Assembly (NCBI GenBank): GCA_903835255.1
Contig: CAILMI010000055.1
Location: 75,244-139,243, forward strand
DNA from: an uncultured Verrucomicrobia subdivision 3 bacterium
GTDB taxonomy: Bacteria > Verrucomicrobiota > Verrucomicrobiia > Limisphaerales > UBA11358
Direction of reading: 5' to 3'
Length of the DNA: 64,000 nt
Shown here: positions 48,868-58,086 of the stretch, piece after piece
Layout of the letters: each line of letters starts with the position of its first letter
How positions within the stretch are numbered: the stretch's first letter is position 1
Translations under genes and position numbers: made by a program
Notes under the pieces: generated by a model
What the model saw: the letters and a program-made list of their open reading frames with translations, nothing else
What the model was told of the DNA's origin: nothing
Databases searched by the model: none

Positions 48868-49782
48868 ATGTCCGCCGCCTCCATTCCAGCGCCCTCCCGG
48901 GCAAAAACTTTCCTCCGCCGCCTGGGTTCCACGTTGGTGCTATGGACGGTGATTTTGACGGCCCTGTTCTCCCACAACCAGCTCATCTCCAACGGGGTCT
49001 TCGTGTTGCTCATGGGGCTGCTGGCGTTTGCGGGTCTGGCAGAATTCTACGGTCTGGCGGAGAAACGGGGGCTGGTCTGCTTCAAAGGTTGCGGTCTGGC
49101 CGGCGGCGTGCTGCTCATGATCGGGACGTTTCTGAACCTGACGGGCATGCTCGGAACCAATGATTCGCCCGCGCGCGTGAATGACTTTGAAACCGGATTT
49201 CTGATCCTGTTCGTCCTCGGCCTGTGCGTGCGGCAATTTGTTTCCAAGGCCAGCACCACCGGCATCCTCACCATCGCCACCACCCTCTTCGGCCTCATGT
49301 ACGTCCCCTGGCTCCTGAATTTCATCCAGAAGATCCATTTCTTCCACGGCGTCGAAGGCAAATATTTCCTGCTCTACTTCATCATCGTCACCAAGTTCAG
49401 CGACATGGGCGCCTACGTGGTCGGCTCGCTCATCGGGCGGCACAAGATGATCCCCCGCATCAGCCCCGGCAAAACCTGGGAGGGATTCGCCGGCGCCATC
49501 GTGGTTTCCACCGCGGCCAGCCTGACTCTAACCCATTACTTCGGCGCACACCTGTTCGGGATGAACACGCTCCACGCCATCCTCCTCGGCGTGGTGCTCA
49601 GCTCCACCGCCGCGATCGGCGACCTGATTGAATCCCTGTTCAAGCGGGAAGCCGGCGTGAAGGATTCCGGAGGCTTTTTTCCTGGCATCGGCGGCATCCT
49701 CGACTTGCTGGACAGCCTGCTATTCAACGCGCCTATCATGTACCTTTATCTGCGCCACATCCTGACCCACGGTTTGAATTGA
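48868..49782 (+). CDS. cdsA: phosphatidate cytidylyltransferase family protein
   Basis: The polytopic membrane protein has a C-terminal SLFKREAGVKDSGGFFPGIGGILDLLDS block (the CdsA signature region, with deviations described in findings). It occupies the conserved cdsA-dxr-rseP position. Confidence 0.8.
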   Translation: MSAASIPAPSRAKTFLRRLGSTLVLWTVILTALFSHNQLISNGVFVLLMGLLAFAGLAEFYGLAEKRGLVCFKGCGLAGGVLLMIGTFLNLTGMLGTNDSPARVNDFETGFLILFVLGLCVRQFVSKASTTGILTIATTLFGLMYVPWLLNFIQKIHFFHGVEGKYFLLYFIIVTKFSDMGAYVVGSLIGRHKMIPRISPGKTWEGFAGAIVVSTAASLTLTHYFGAHLFGMNTLHAILLGVVLSSTAAIGDLIESLFKREAGVKDSGGFFPGIGGILDLLDSLLFNAPIMYLYLRHILTHGLN

Positions 49783-49783
49783 A

Positions 49784-50938
49784 ATGAAAAACGTTGTTCT
49801 CCTCGGCAGCACCGGCTCCATCGGCACCAGCACGGTTAAGGTCGCCCAAGATCTGCCGGACCAAATCCGTCTGCTGGGACTGGCGGCCGGTGGCAATGCC
49901 GCCCTGCTGCTGGAGCAGACCCGAAAACACCGGCCCGCCGTCATCTCCCTCAGCGACCCGGCGAAGGCGCGGGAACTGCAAAACGCCCTCGGAACGGCCT
50001 GCGAGGTCTGTTCCGGAAATGAAGGACTGCTCAAACTCGCCACGCTGCCGGAAGCCGACATCGTCCTGATCGCCATCGTCGGCACCGCCGGACTGGCCCC
50101 CGCCCTGGCCGCCATCCGCGCCGGCAAAGACATCGCCGTCGCGTCAAAGGAAATCCTCGTAATGGCGGGCGAGATTGTGATGAGCGAGGCGCGCAAACAC
50201 GGGGTGCGCGTGCTGGCGGTGGACAGCGAACATTCCGCGATTTTCCAGTGCCTCGACGGCAAGCCCACCGCCTCCGTCCGCAAACTGCTACTCACCGCCA
50301 GCGGCGGGCCCTTTCGCGACAAGAGCGCGTGGCCGAAGGAAAAATTCTCTGAGATCACCGTCGAACGCGCGCTCAAACATCCCTCCTGGGTCATGGGCCG
50401 CAAGATCACCATCGATTCCGCCACGCTTTTCAACAAGGGGCTGGAGATGATCGAGGCCCGCTGGCTGTTCGATATCGAGATGGCCCGCGTGGGCGTCGTG
50501 GTGCATCCGCAGAGCATCGTGCATTCGATGGTTGAGTTCGTGGACGGCTCCCTGCTCGCCCAGCTTTCCACCCCGGACATGTGCCTGCCGATTCAATATG
50601 CGCTGACCTATCCCGAACGGGCGGCCAGCGACCGCGTGCAGACCAACTTTCCCCGGCTGGGCACCCTGACGTTTGAGGAGCCGGATGAGGAACGCTTTCC
50701 CGCCCTCGCCCTCGCCCGCCAGGCGGGCGAGATCGGCGGCACCCTGCCGGCGGTCTTGAACGCCGCCAATGAAATCGCGGTGGAAGCCTTCGTGAACCGG
50801 ACCATCAATTTCCCCCAGATCACCGAAACCGTCCGGCGCACGATGGCAGCGCACACGGTCATCCCGCGTCCAACGCTGGAACAGATTCTGGAGGCCGATG
50901 GGTGGGCGCGGCGGGAGGCGGCCCGGACTCAGCCCTGA
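49784..50938 (+). CDS. dxr: 1-deoxy-D-xylulose-5-phosphate reductoisomerase
   Basis: MKNVVLLGSTGSIGTSTVKV...AVDSEHSAIFQCL...NKGLEMIEA are classic Dxr motifs. Confidence 0.95.
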   Translation: MKNVVLLGSTGSIGTSTVKVAQDLPDQIRLLGLAAGGNAALLLEQTRKHRPAVISLSDPAKARELQNALGTACEVCSGNEGLLKLATLPEADIVLIAIVGTAGLAPALAAIRAGKDIAVASKEILVMAGEIVMSEARKHGVRVLAVDSEHSAIFQCLDGKPTASVRKLLLTASGGPFRDKSAWPKEKFSEITVERALKHPSWVMGRKITIDSATLFNKGLEMIEARWLFDIEMARVGVVVHPQSIVHSMVEFVDGSLLAQLSTPDMCLPIQYALTYPERAASDRVQTNFPRLGTLTFEEPDEERFPALALARQAGEIGGTLPAVLNAANEIAVEAFVNRTINFPQITETVRRTMAAHTVIPRPTLEQILEADGWARREAARTQP

Positions 50939-51021
50939 CCGGACAGACGGGAGACGGCAATACGAGGCAATACGATTGCGGTTCATTTTTCCGCTGCTAT
51001 AATTCCCACGCTTTATTTAAC

Positions 51022-52443
51022 ATGACCCTTTTACATTACATCTTCATTGCGCTGGAAGTGGTGCTGCTCTTCAACCTGCTCATCGGCGTCCACGAACTCG
51101 GCCACTTTCTCGCGGCCAAATGGCGCGGCCTGAGGGTGGACCGCTTCGCCATCTGGTTCGGCAAGCCGATCTGGAAAAAGAAAATCAATGGCGTTGAATA
51201 CGCGCTCGGCTGGATTCCCGCCGGCGGCTACGTGGCCCTGCCGCAAATGGCCACCATGGAAGCCATCGAGGGCAAGCCGGAAGACGCCGCCACAGCCCCG
51301 CTGCCTAATGTGTCGCCCCTCGACAAAATCATTGTGGCGTTCGCCGGGCCGCTGTTCAGCTTTGCCCTCGCCCTGTTTTTTGCCGTCATCGTCTGGGGCG
51401 TCGGAAAACCCACCAACGGCGCGGACACCTCCACCACCGTCGGCTGGGTGGACCCGTCCGGACCGGCTTGGAAGGCCGGCCTGCGCCCCGGCGACACCCT
51501 TTTGGAAATCGACGGGCAGCCGGTGCACCATTTTTCGCCGCCCGCACAGGACAGCGTCACTTGGCGGGTCATCACCAGCACCGGCACCAACATCGCTATC
51601 AAATACCGCCGCGATGGCCGCGAAGCCCTGGCGACGGCTGTGCCCTATCACCGGACAACCCAATGGTATGAACGCAAGGCGCTGCGGCAGATCCTGGTCT
51701 CGCCGGAGATGAAAGCGGTCGTCTACGGCATCGCCAGCAACAGCCCGGCCGCGCGGGCAGGCCTGACCAACGGCGACGAAATCGTCGCCTTGAACGGCCA
51801 GAAAATCTTCAGCCCCCTGGCGCTGCTGACCTTGGAGGAGTCCTGGAGCAATACGGTGCCGCAGCCGGTCACGCTGACGGTGAGGCGGGATGCCAAAGAA
51901 TTCGACCGCACCCTGCTCGCGGTAAAACCGGCGCAGCCCACCAACAGCAACCCGTTGCTGGGGATTCTGGGCTGGCAGGGGGACACCAACTCCACGCTGG
52001 TACACCCCAGCCCGCTGGAGCAGATCCGTGAGAGCGTCACCCAGATTACCGGCACCATCGGGGCGCTGTTTGCCCACAAGGGCGACATCGGCGTGCAGCA
52101 GCTCGGGGGCGCGGTCATGATCGGCCGCGTTTATTACAGCCTATTTCAAAGCGAGGACGGCTACCGCCGCGTGCTCTGGTTTAGCGTCATCCTCAACGTG
52201 AACCTCGCGCTGCTCAACCTGCTGCCGCTGCCGGTGCTCGATGGCGGACATATCACCCTGGCCCTCATTGAAGCCGTCCGCCGGCGCCCGGTCAGCGCCC
52301 GCATCCTGAACTCCCTCCAGACCGGCTTCGCCGTGCTGCTCATCGGGTTCATGATTTATATCGCCTTCTTCGACACCGGCGACTGGCTCCGCAGCGCGCG
52401 GAATAACCGCGAGCAAGCCATTATTTTTGCGCCGCAAAATTAA
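51022..52443 (+). CDS. rseP: RIP metalloprotease RseP (site-2 protease)
   Basis: The HELGHF zinc motif sits in the first TM helix, PDZ domains are present (GLRPGDTLLEIDG, GLTNGDEIVALNG), and a C-terminal NLLPLPVLDGG motif follows. Confidence 0.9.
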   Translation: MTLLHYIFIALEVVLLFNLLIGVHELGHFLAAKWRGLRVDRFAIWFGKPIWKKKINGVEYALGWIPAGGYVALPQMATMEAIEGKPEDAATAPLPNVSPLDKIIVAFAGPLFSFALALFFAVIVWGVGKPTNGADTSTTVGWVDPSGPAWKAGLRPGDTLLEIDGQPVHHFSPPAQDSVTWRVITSTGTNIAIKYRRDGREALATAVPYHRTTQWYERKALRQILVSPEMKAVVYGIASNSPAARAGLTNGDEIVALNGQKIFSPLALLTLEESWSNTVPQPVTLTVRRDAKEFDRTLLAVKPAQPTNSNPLLGILGWQGDTNSTLVHPSPLEQIRESVTQITGTIGALFAHKGDIGVQQLGGAVMIGRVYYSLFQSEDGYRRVLWFSVILNVNLALLNLLPLPVLDGGHITLALIEAVRRRPVSARILNSLQTGFAVLLIGFMIYIAFFDTGDWLRSARNNREQAIIFAPQN

Positions 52444-52450
52444 TACCACC

Positions 52451-54280
52451 ATGCGCTACTGCCCATCCCCCTTCGTGTATCAACGACGCCTGTCCCGCGA
52501 AATCGTCATCGGCGACCCCGCCCGCGGCGGCTTCATCATGGGCGGAGCGCACCCCGTGGTGAAGCAATCCATGCTCACCTGCGACACCATGGACACCGCG
52601 TTGAGTGTCAAGCAGACGCTGGAACTCGTCGCCGTCGGCTGCCAGCTCGTGCGCATCACCGCGCCCACTGTCAAGGACGCGGCGAACCTGCAGCACATCG
52701 TCGCCGAACTCCGCCGCCAGGGCTGCCACGTGCCCCTGGTCGCCGACATCCACTTCAAGCCCGATGCCGCAATGGAAGCGATCAAATGGGTCGAAGTCGT
52801 CCGGGTGAATCCCGGCAACTACGCCGACTCAAAGAAATTCGCCACCAAGGAATACACGGACGAGCAGTACGCCTCGGAGCTGCGCCGCATCGAGGAGAAA
52901 TTCACGCCCTTGGTTCTAGAAGCGAAGAGATTGAAGCGCTGCCTGCGCATCGGCACCAACCACGGCTCGCTGAGCGACCGGATCATGAACCGGTTCGGCG
53001 ACTCGCCGCTCGGCATGGTGGAAAGCGCGCTGGAATTCGCCCATATCTGCCGCCGGCACGACTTTCATAACTTCAAGTTCTCCATGAAATCATCTAACCC
53101 GAAGGTGATGATTGAGTGCTATCGACTGCTGGCCGCGCGCCTGGAGCAATTGGACGAGCAGGAATTGAAAAGTGCGACAGCCACCGGCGCCCCGCCGCAA
53201 TCTTGGGCTTACCCGCTTCACCTGGGCGTCACCGAGGCGGGCGAAGGCGAGGACGGCCGCATCAAGAGCGCCATCGGCATCGGCTCCCTGCTCTGCGATG
53301 GCCTGGGCGACACCCTCCGCGTGTCGCTCACGGAGGACAGCCCCCGCGAAATCGAAGTCTGCACCGACCTGCTGGCGCAGATCCCCCTCCTGACCCAGAC
53401 GCGCGTGTCGCTTCCCGAAGCCGGATTCCCTTTCGACCCGTTTCACTACGAGAAACGCCCGACGCCGGAGATCGAGCTCAGCACGACCGCGAAGTGCGGT
53501 GGCGAACAGCTGATCCGCGTCGTGGTCACACGGGCGACCTTTGACATCGTGGCTCCAAAAATCCGCCCGAAAGACGATGTGAAGCCCGAGGCGGTGTATG
53601 AGGACGTAAACCTTTTTGAAATCGATCCGACGCAGGAGTTTGAGATCACCTGCGAAACCCAGCTGGTCACCGTGAAGGACGGCGTGGGCTTGCCGGTCAT
53701 CACGGCTTTTCGTCTGCTGGCCTCAAAATTAAAGCGGCTTGGCCGCAATAATCCCATCCTTCTCAAAGACTGCCTCCACTTGGAACCCGTGCCGCTGGAG
53801 CCCAAGATCGCGCTGCTCCGCGCTTCGGTGGTCATCGGCTCGCTGCTGGCGGATGGAATCGGCGATGCGATCCTGGTGCGCGGCGAGTCCGGCGGCGGGC
53901 AAAGCCTCCGGCTGGCCTACAACATCCTGCAGGCGGCCGGCTGCCGCAGTTTTAAGACCGATTACGTCGCCTGTCCGAGCTGCGGCCGGACGCTGTTCAA
54001 TTTGCAGACCGTGACCGCGCGGATCAAGGCGCGGACGGAGCATCTCAAGGGTGTGAAGATCGCCATCATGGGCTGCATTGTGAATGGCCCGGGCGAAATG
54101 GCCGACGCGGACTTCGGCTACGTGGGCGGAGCGCCCAACAAGATCAATCTCTACGTGGGCAAGACCCCCATCAAATTCAATATTCCGGAGTCCGAAGCAG
54201 TCGAGCGCCTGGTGGACCTCATTAAGGAACACCACAAGTGGGTGGAGCCGGAGCCGGCAGTTCAACCCCAACGGGCCTGA
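52451..54280 (+). CDS. ispG: 4-hydroxy-3-methylbut-2-enyl-diphosphate synthase, long form with inserted domain
   Basis: MRYCPSPFVYQRR...VRITAPTVKDA...VADIHF and a C-terminal CPSCGRT...GCIVNGPGE Fe-S motif are present. At 609 aa it contains the extra central domain found in the long GcpE class. Confidence 0.95.
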   Translation: MRYCPSPFVYQRRLSREIVIGDPARGGFIMGGAHPVVKQSMLTCDTMDTALSVKQTLELVAVGCQLVRITAPTVKDAANLQHIVAELRRQGCHVPLVADIHFKPDAAMEAIKWVEVVRVNPGNYADSKKFATKEYTDEQYASELRRIEEKFTPLVLEAKRLKRCLRIGTNHGSLSDRIMNRFGDSPLGMVESALEFAHICRRHDFHNFKFSMKSSNPKVMIECYRLLAARLEQLDEQELKSATATGAPPQSWAYPLHLGVTEAGEGEDGRIKSAIGIGSLLCDGLGDTLRVSLTEDSPREIEVCTDLLAQIPLLTQTRVSLPEAGFPFDPFHYEKRPTPEIELSTTAKCGGEQLIRVVVTRATFDIVAPKIRPKDDVKPEAVYEDVNLFEIDPTQEFEITCETQLVTVKDGVGLPVITAFRLLASKLKRLGRNNPILLKDCLHLEPVPLEPKIALLRASVVIGSLLADGIGDAILVRGESGGGQSLRLAYNILQAAGCRSFKTDYVACPSCGRTLFNLQTVTARIKARTEHLKGVKIAIMGCIVNGPGEMADADFGYVGGAPNKINLYVGKTPIKFNIPESEAVERLVDLIKEHHKWVEPEPAVQPQRA

Positions 54281-54320
54281 CCGCACCTCTTTCCGCGCCC
54301 CAAGCTCCCGTGTGCAGCTG

Positions 54321-55331
54321 ATGCTTGTTCATAAAATTGAAGCCTACGGCGCTGCGGCGCCGTGGATTTTTCTGGCGCTGTTCATCACCGCCTCGATTCT
54401 GATGGTCTGGCGTCTGGAAGCGATGAGCGGGCGCGGCTTCGAAGGCACGGTGCTCGGCACCTTGGTGATGCCCTACTGCTCCGGCCTGGGCAACCTGATT
54501 TTCGCCTTCCTCCTCGGCCGCAGCGGCGGCAATGGTGCGGAAGTCATGACCAATGCGCTCGTCAACAACGTCACTAATATGACGCTGCTGCTGGGCCTGC
54601 CCGCCATCGTCTGGGGCATCCGCATTTTGCCCGGATCCAAAAGCAGCGACTCCCCAAAATCTCCGAATAAAAATAAAGCCCCCGGAAAAGCGCACGAGCT
54701 CAACCGCCTTTCGCTACTGCTCACTCTCACGGCGGTTTTGTTTTTCACCGGAGCGGTCTGGGCACTGGGGCGCGACGGTAAAATCACCTTCGACGAGGGA
54801 TTGGTTTTGGTGGGGATGTTTCTGTTCTGGCAGTGTTTCCACGTGTTTGACGTCCTCAAGCACAATGTCCGCCAGGGACAGGCGCTGGGCTGGAAATTCC
54901 CGCTGGACCTGGCGCTGCTCGGCGTGGGCGCCTGCGGAATCTATCTCAGCACGGACTGGCTGGTGCACTGGGTTTCCCACATCCACACCGGATTCATCAG
55001 CGCCAAAAACATGGGCTGGCTGAGCGGCTGGCTGATGGTGCTACCCAATGCCTTGCTGGCGGTTTATTACAGCTGGCGCGGGCAGCCGGAAACGGTGTAC
55101 GCCTCGCAGGTGGGCGATTCGCATGTTTCCATCCCGCTCTGCATCGGCATCTATGCCCTGTACCACACCCTGCCCCTCACCCCATTCTTCCACCTGGCCA
55201 TGCTCCTCCTGCTCGGCGCCACCCTGGTGCACTTCCTCTGCGTCGCCCTGCTCGGCCGGCTGCCGCGCTTCGCCGGCGGACTGCTCCTAGCCGCCTACGC
55301 AGTGTTTTTATGGAAGGGGTTGAAAGGCTGA
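54321..55331 (+). CDS. CaCA-superfamily-like (Na+/Ca2+ exchanger fold) membrane protein, divergent alpha-repeats
   Basis: Two homologous halves each have an alpha-repeat-like segment (LGTLVMPYCSGLGNLIFAFLLG...NALVNNVTNMTLLLGLP and LSGWLMVLPNALLAVYYSWRG...QVGDSHVSIPLCIG). Confidence 0.55.
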   Translation: MLVHKIEAYGAAAPWIFLALFITASILMVWRLEAMSGRGFEGTVLGTLVMPYCSGLGNLIFAFLLGRSGGNGAEVMTNALVNNVTNMTLLLGLPAIVWGIRILPGSKSSDSPKSPNKNKAPGKAHELNRLSLLLTLTAVLFFTGAVWALGRDGKITFDEGLVLVGMFLFWQCFHVFDVLKHNVRQGQALGWKFPLDLALLGVGACGIYLSTDWLVHWVSHIHTGFISAKNMGWLSGWLMVLPNALLAVYYSWRGQPETVYASQVGDSHVSIPLCIGIYALYHTLPLTPFFHLAMLLLLGATLVHFLCVALLGRLPRFAGGLLLAAYAVFLWKGLKG

Positions 55332-55343
55332 AAAACGGTTCGG

Positions 55344-55796
55344 TTAGAACGATTTCTGAAAAAAACCCGAATCCAGGGTGGCCTGCAATGGATCCTCCCG
55401 CAGATGGTCTCCCAACTCCGCAAACGGCACCTGGGCAGCCAGCCAGTTCGGGTTCCGGGCGATGGTGTCCATGGATTCCCTCGTGTTGTTGCAGATCAGA
55501 TAAACCCCCGCGCCCAGGACTAGGAACGCCTCAAACCGGGTGCCGGCGGCCTGCCGCGCAAAGGCGAAATCGCCGACGCCATAATCCGATCCGAGCAGTT
55601 CCACGCGCAGGGAGCCGAGGTCGTTGGCGAAATTTTTCAGGAATTCATCATTCCGCGGCCCGACGTATGCCAACACGCGCGCCTTGTTCTGGGCCAGCGA
55701 AACGACCGCCAGCTCGTCGAAAACCGTTTTTCCATAGCGGGCGTCCATTTGTTCGGCGCACGCCTTGATCCGTTTTTTTACGTCGTCCAATGTCAT
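55344..55796 (-). CDS. hypothetical protein (150 aa), no domain recognised
   Basis: An ATG at 55796 opens MTLDDVKKRIKACAEQMDARYGKTVFDELAVVSLAQNKARVLAYVGPRNDEF... The longer 336-aa ORF in the track overlaps the divergent neighbour and looks artefactual. Confidence 0.5.
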   Translation of the reverse strand: MTLDDVKKRIKACAEQMDARYGKTVFDELAVVSLAQNKARVLAYVGPRNDEFLKNFANDLGSLRVELLGSDYGVGDFAFARQAAGTRFEAFLVLGAGVYLICNNTRESMDTIARNPNWLAAQVPFAELGDHLREDPLQATLDSGFFQKSF

Positions 55797-55902
55797 GATG
55801 CGTTTTGAGGAAAACAAGTTTACCCCCCTGAAACAAGGGAAATTCCCGACAATAAAATTAAGCTTTTCCAGCGCCGGAAAATCCCTACCCTGCGCCAAAA
55901 AC

Positions 55903-56748
55903 ATGGCCCAACCTGTCCCACTCACGCCGCCCGCCGCCCCCGCCCGCGCCGGAAAATCCCCGAACCGTTTCTGGTGGGTTTCCACAGTCCTGACGGCCGC
56001 TATTTTTTTACTCGCACTCGCCCACGAGGTCACAGCGGGCAGAATGCGCCTGCCGCTGGCCGGATGGCTGCTGCCGCTCCTGCTGCTGGCGGCCACCCTC
56101 AGCACCCTCTCCGCGCTCTCGCGGCAGCTGCCGTTACAGAATGTCCTGCTCGCCGCCTTCGTCACCGCCCTCATTGGCAGCGGGGCACACCTGGTCAGCG
56201 CCCTTAGCGGGATCCCCCTGGGGCCGCTGATGTTCGGCCCGGAAGCCGGATGGAAACTATTCGGACGCCTGCCCTGGATCCTGCCCCTGCTCTGGATCGT
56301 CGCCGTTTTAAACTCCCGCGGCGTGGCCCGTCTGGTTTTGCGGCCGTGGCGCAAAATCCGCGCCTACGGATTCTGGCTGATGGGATTGACGGCTCTGTTC
56401 ACCCTGATTTTCGACTCGGCGCTGGAACCGTTTGCGACGCGCCTGAAACATTATTGGATCTGGACGCCCGGGGGCTTTTCCCTGAATCCGCAGGTCGGGC
56501 CGGTTTCAAACTCCGCCGGCTGGTTTCTTGTGACCCTGCTGATTCTGGCCTTTGTGACCCCGGCCTTGATCAACAAACAATTGAGCAAGCGCAGCGGGCC
56601 GGATTTCCATCCGCTGGCCGTCTGGCTGGGGGCGGTTTTCCTTTTCGGCGTGACCGCAGCCGCCCACGGATGCTGGCAGGCGGCCGCCTGGGACGGAGTG
56701 TTCTGCGCCCTCATCGCCACCTTCGCCCTCCGCGGCGCCAAATGGTGA
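55903..56748 (+). CDS. carotenoid-biosynthesis-protein-like membrane protein (DUF422/Caroten_synth family)
   Basis: From MAQPVPLTPP the protein is polytopic, with the LPWILPLLWIVAVLNSRG...FDSALEPFAT...GWFLVTLLIL pattern that I associate with PF04240. Confidence 0.55.
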   Translation: MAQPVPLTPPAAPARAGKSPNRFWWVSTVLTAAIFLLALAHEVTAGRMRLPLAGWLLPLLLLAATLSTLSALSRQLPLQNVLLAAFVTALIGSGAHLVSALSGIPLGPLMFGPEAGWKLFGRLPWILPLLWIVAVLNSRGVARLVLRPWRKIRAYGFWLMGLTALFTLIFDSALEPFATRLKHYWIWTPGGFSLNPQVGPVSNSAGWFLVTLLILAFVTPALINKQLSKRSGPDFHPLAVWLGAVFLFGVTAAAHGCWQAAAWDGVFCALIATFALRGAKW

Positions 56749-56772
56749 CTCCGGAGGAATCCCCGGCCCCCA

Positions 56773-58086
56773 TCACCCCGGGCCCGATCCCGAAGCAGTG
56801 ATCCTCAGTCGCGCCACGCGGCGCCCGTCCATCTCCTCCACGCGCAACAGGCACCCCCCCACCATCAGGGTGTCGCCCCCCTTTGGAAATCCCCCCAGCC
56901 GCTGGGTCAGCCAGCCGCTCACGGTGGCCACCCCCTCGCCATCAGCCACGCCGCCGATGATTTTTTCCAGCTCATGCAACGGCAGCGCGCCCGCGGCTTC
57001 CCAGACATTATCGCCGATGCGGAACAACTCGGTTTTCTCCGAATCAAACTCGTCCTGAATCTGTCCAACCAGCGCCTCCAGCACGTTTTCCAGAGTTACA
57101 ATGCCAGTCGTGCCGCCGTATTCGTCCACAACCAGGGCGATGTGCAATTTTCGTTCCAAAAATAATTGCAGCAGCCGTTCCAGCCGGGCCGTTTCAGGGA
57201 TGTAGATCAGCTTGCGGGCCACCGGCAGCAGCTCCGCCGCCGTTCGCGCCTGGTCGCGCACCGCATACAGATCCTTGATGTGGACCACGCCCAGGGTGCG
57301 GTCCAGATCGCCGTCCGTGCAGAGGGGGAAACGGGAGTAACGCGTCCGCTCCGCGACCGCGAGACAGTCCGCCAGCGGCGCGGAGGTGTTGAACACCGCG
57401 ATCTCATTGCGCGGACGCATGACTTCGCGGGCGGTGCGGTGGCGCAGGTCCAGCGCGTTGAGGACCAAGTCGCGCTGACCGGGCGAACCCCGCGCCGAGC
57501 CCAGCATCAGCCGCAATTCTTCGTCGGAATGCTCCTCGCCCAACTCCGCTCCGGTGAACCCCAGTCGGGCGAGGACGAACTGCGACGACCGGTGCAGGAT
57601 CCAGATGAACGGAAAGGACACCCGATAAAACCAGTTAAGGGGCGGGGCCGTCCATAGCGCCGTGGACAGGGTGCGCCGAATGGCGATGGCTTTGGGCACC
57701 AGCTCGCCGACGACAATCAGCAGATAACAGTTCACGAAAAAACCGACGCCGATGGCGATGCTGCGCTGGTGCGGCTCGGCGGTGATGTGGAACAGTTCAA
57801 AAAAAGGTTGCAGCAAATCCCGGAACACCGGCTCCACCGCCACGCCCAGCCCCATGCTGGCTAGGGTGATGCCGAACTGGGTGGTGCTGATGTAGGCATC
57901 GATGTGGGTAATGATGTGCCGCGCCATCTTCGCCCGCCGATTACCCTTGACCACCAGCGCCTCCAGCTGCGTGTCCCGGATGCGCACCAGCGCGAGCTCG
58001 GCCGCGACAAAAAAAGCGTTGAGCAAAACCAGCACCGCCACGGCGAGCAGCTTTAGACTGTCATGCAGTGCTTCGGTCCAGTTCAT
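56773..58086 (-). CDS. CNNM/TlyC-family transporter-associated protein (DUF21 + CBS pair + CorC_HlyC)
   Basis: MNWTEALHDSLKLLAVAVLVLLNAFFVAAELALV opens the DUF21 domain, followed by a CBS pair and a C-terminal GWLTQRLGGFPKGGDTLMVGGCLLRVEEMDGRRV (CorC_HlyC). Confidence 0.85.
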   Translation of the reverse strand: MNWTEALHDSLKLLAVAVLVLLNAFFVAAELALVRIRDTQLEALVVKGNRRAKMARHIITHIDAYISTTQFGITLASMGLGVAVEPVFRDLLQPFFELFHITAEPHQRSIAIGVGFFVNCYLLIVVGELVPKAIAIRRTLSTALWTAPPLNWFYRVSFPFIWILHRSSQFVLARLGFTGAELGEEHSDEELRLMLGSARGSPGQRDLVLNALDLRHRTAREVMRPRNEIAVFNTSAPLADCLAVAERTRYSRFPLCTDGDLDRTLGVVHIKDLYAVRDQARTAAELLPVARKLIYIPETARLERLLQLFLERKLHIALVVDEYGGTTGIVTLENVLEALVGQIQDEFDSEKTELFRIGDNVWEAAGALPLHELEKIIGGVADGEGVATVSGWLTQRLGGFPKGGDTLMVGGCLLRVEEMDGRRVARLRITASGSGPG

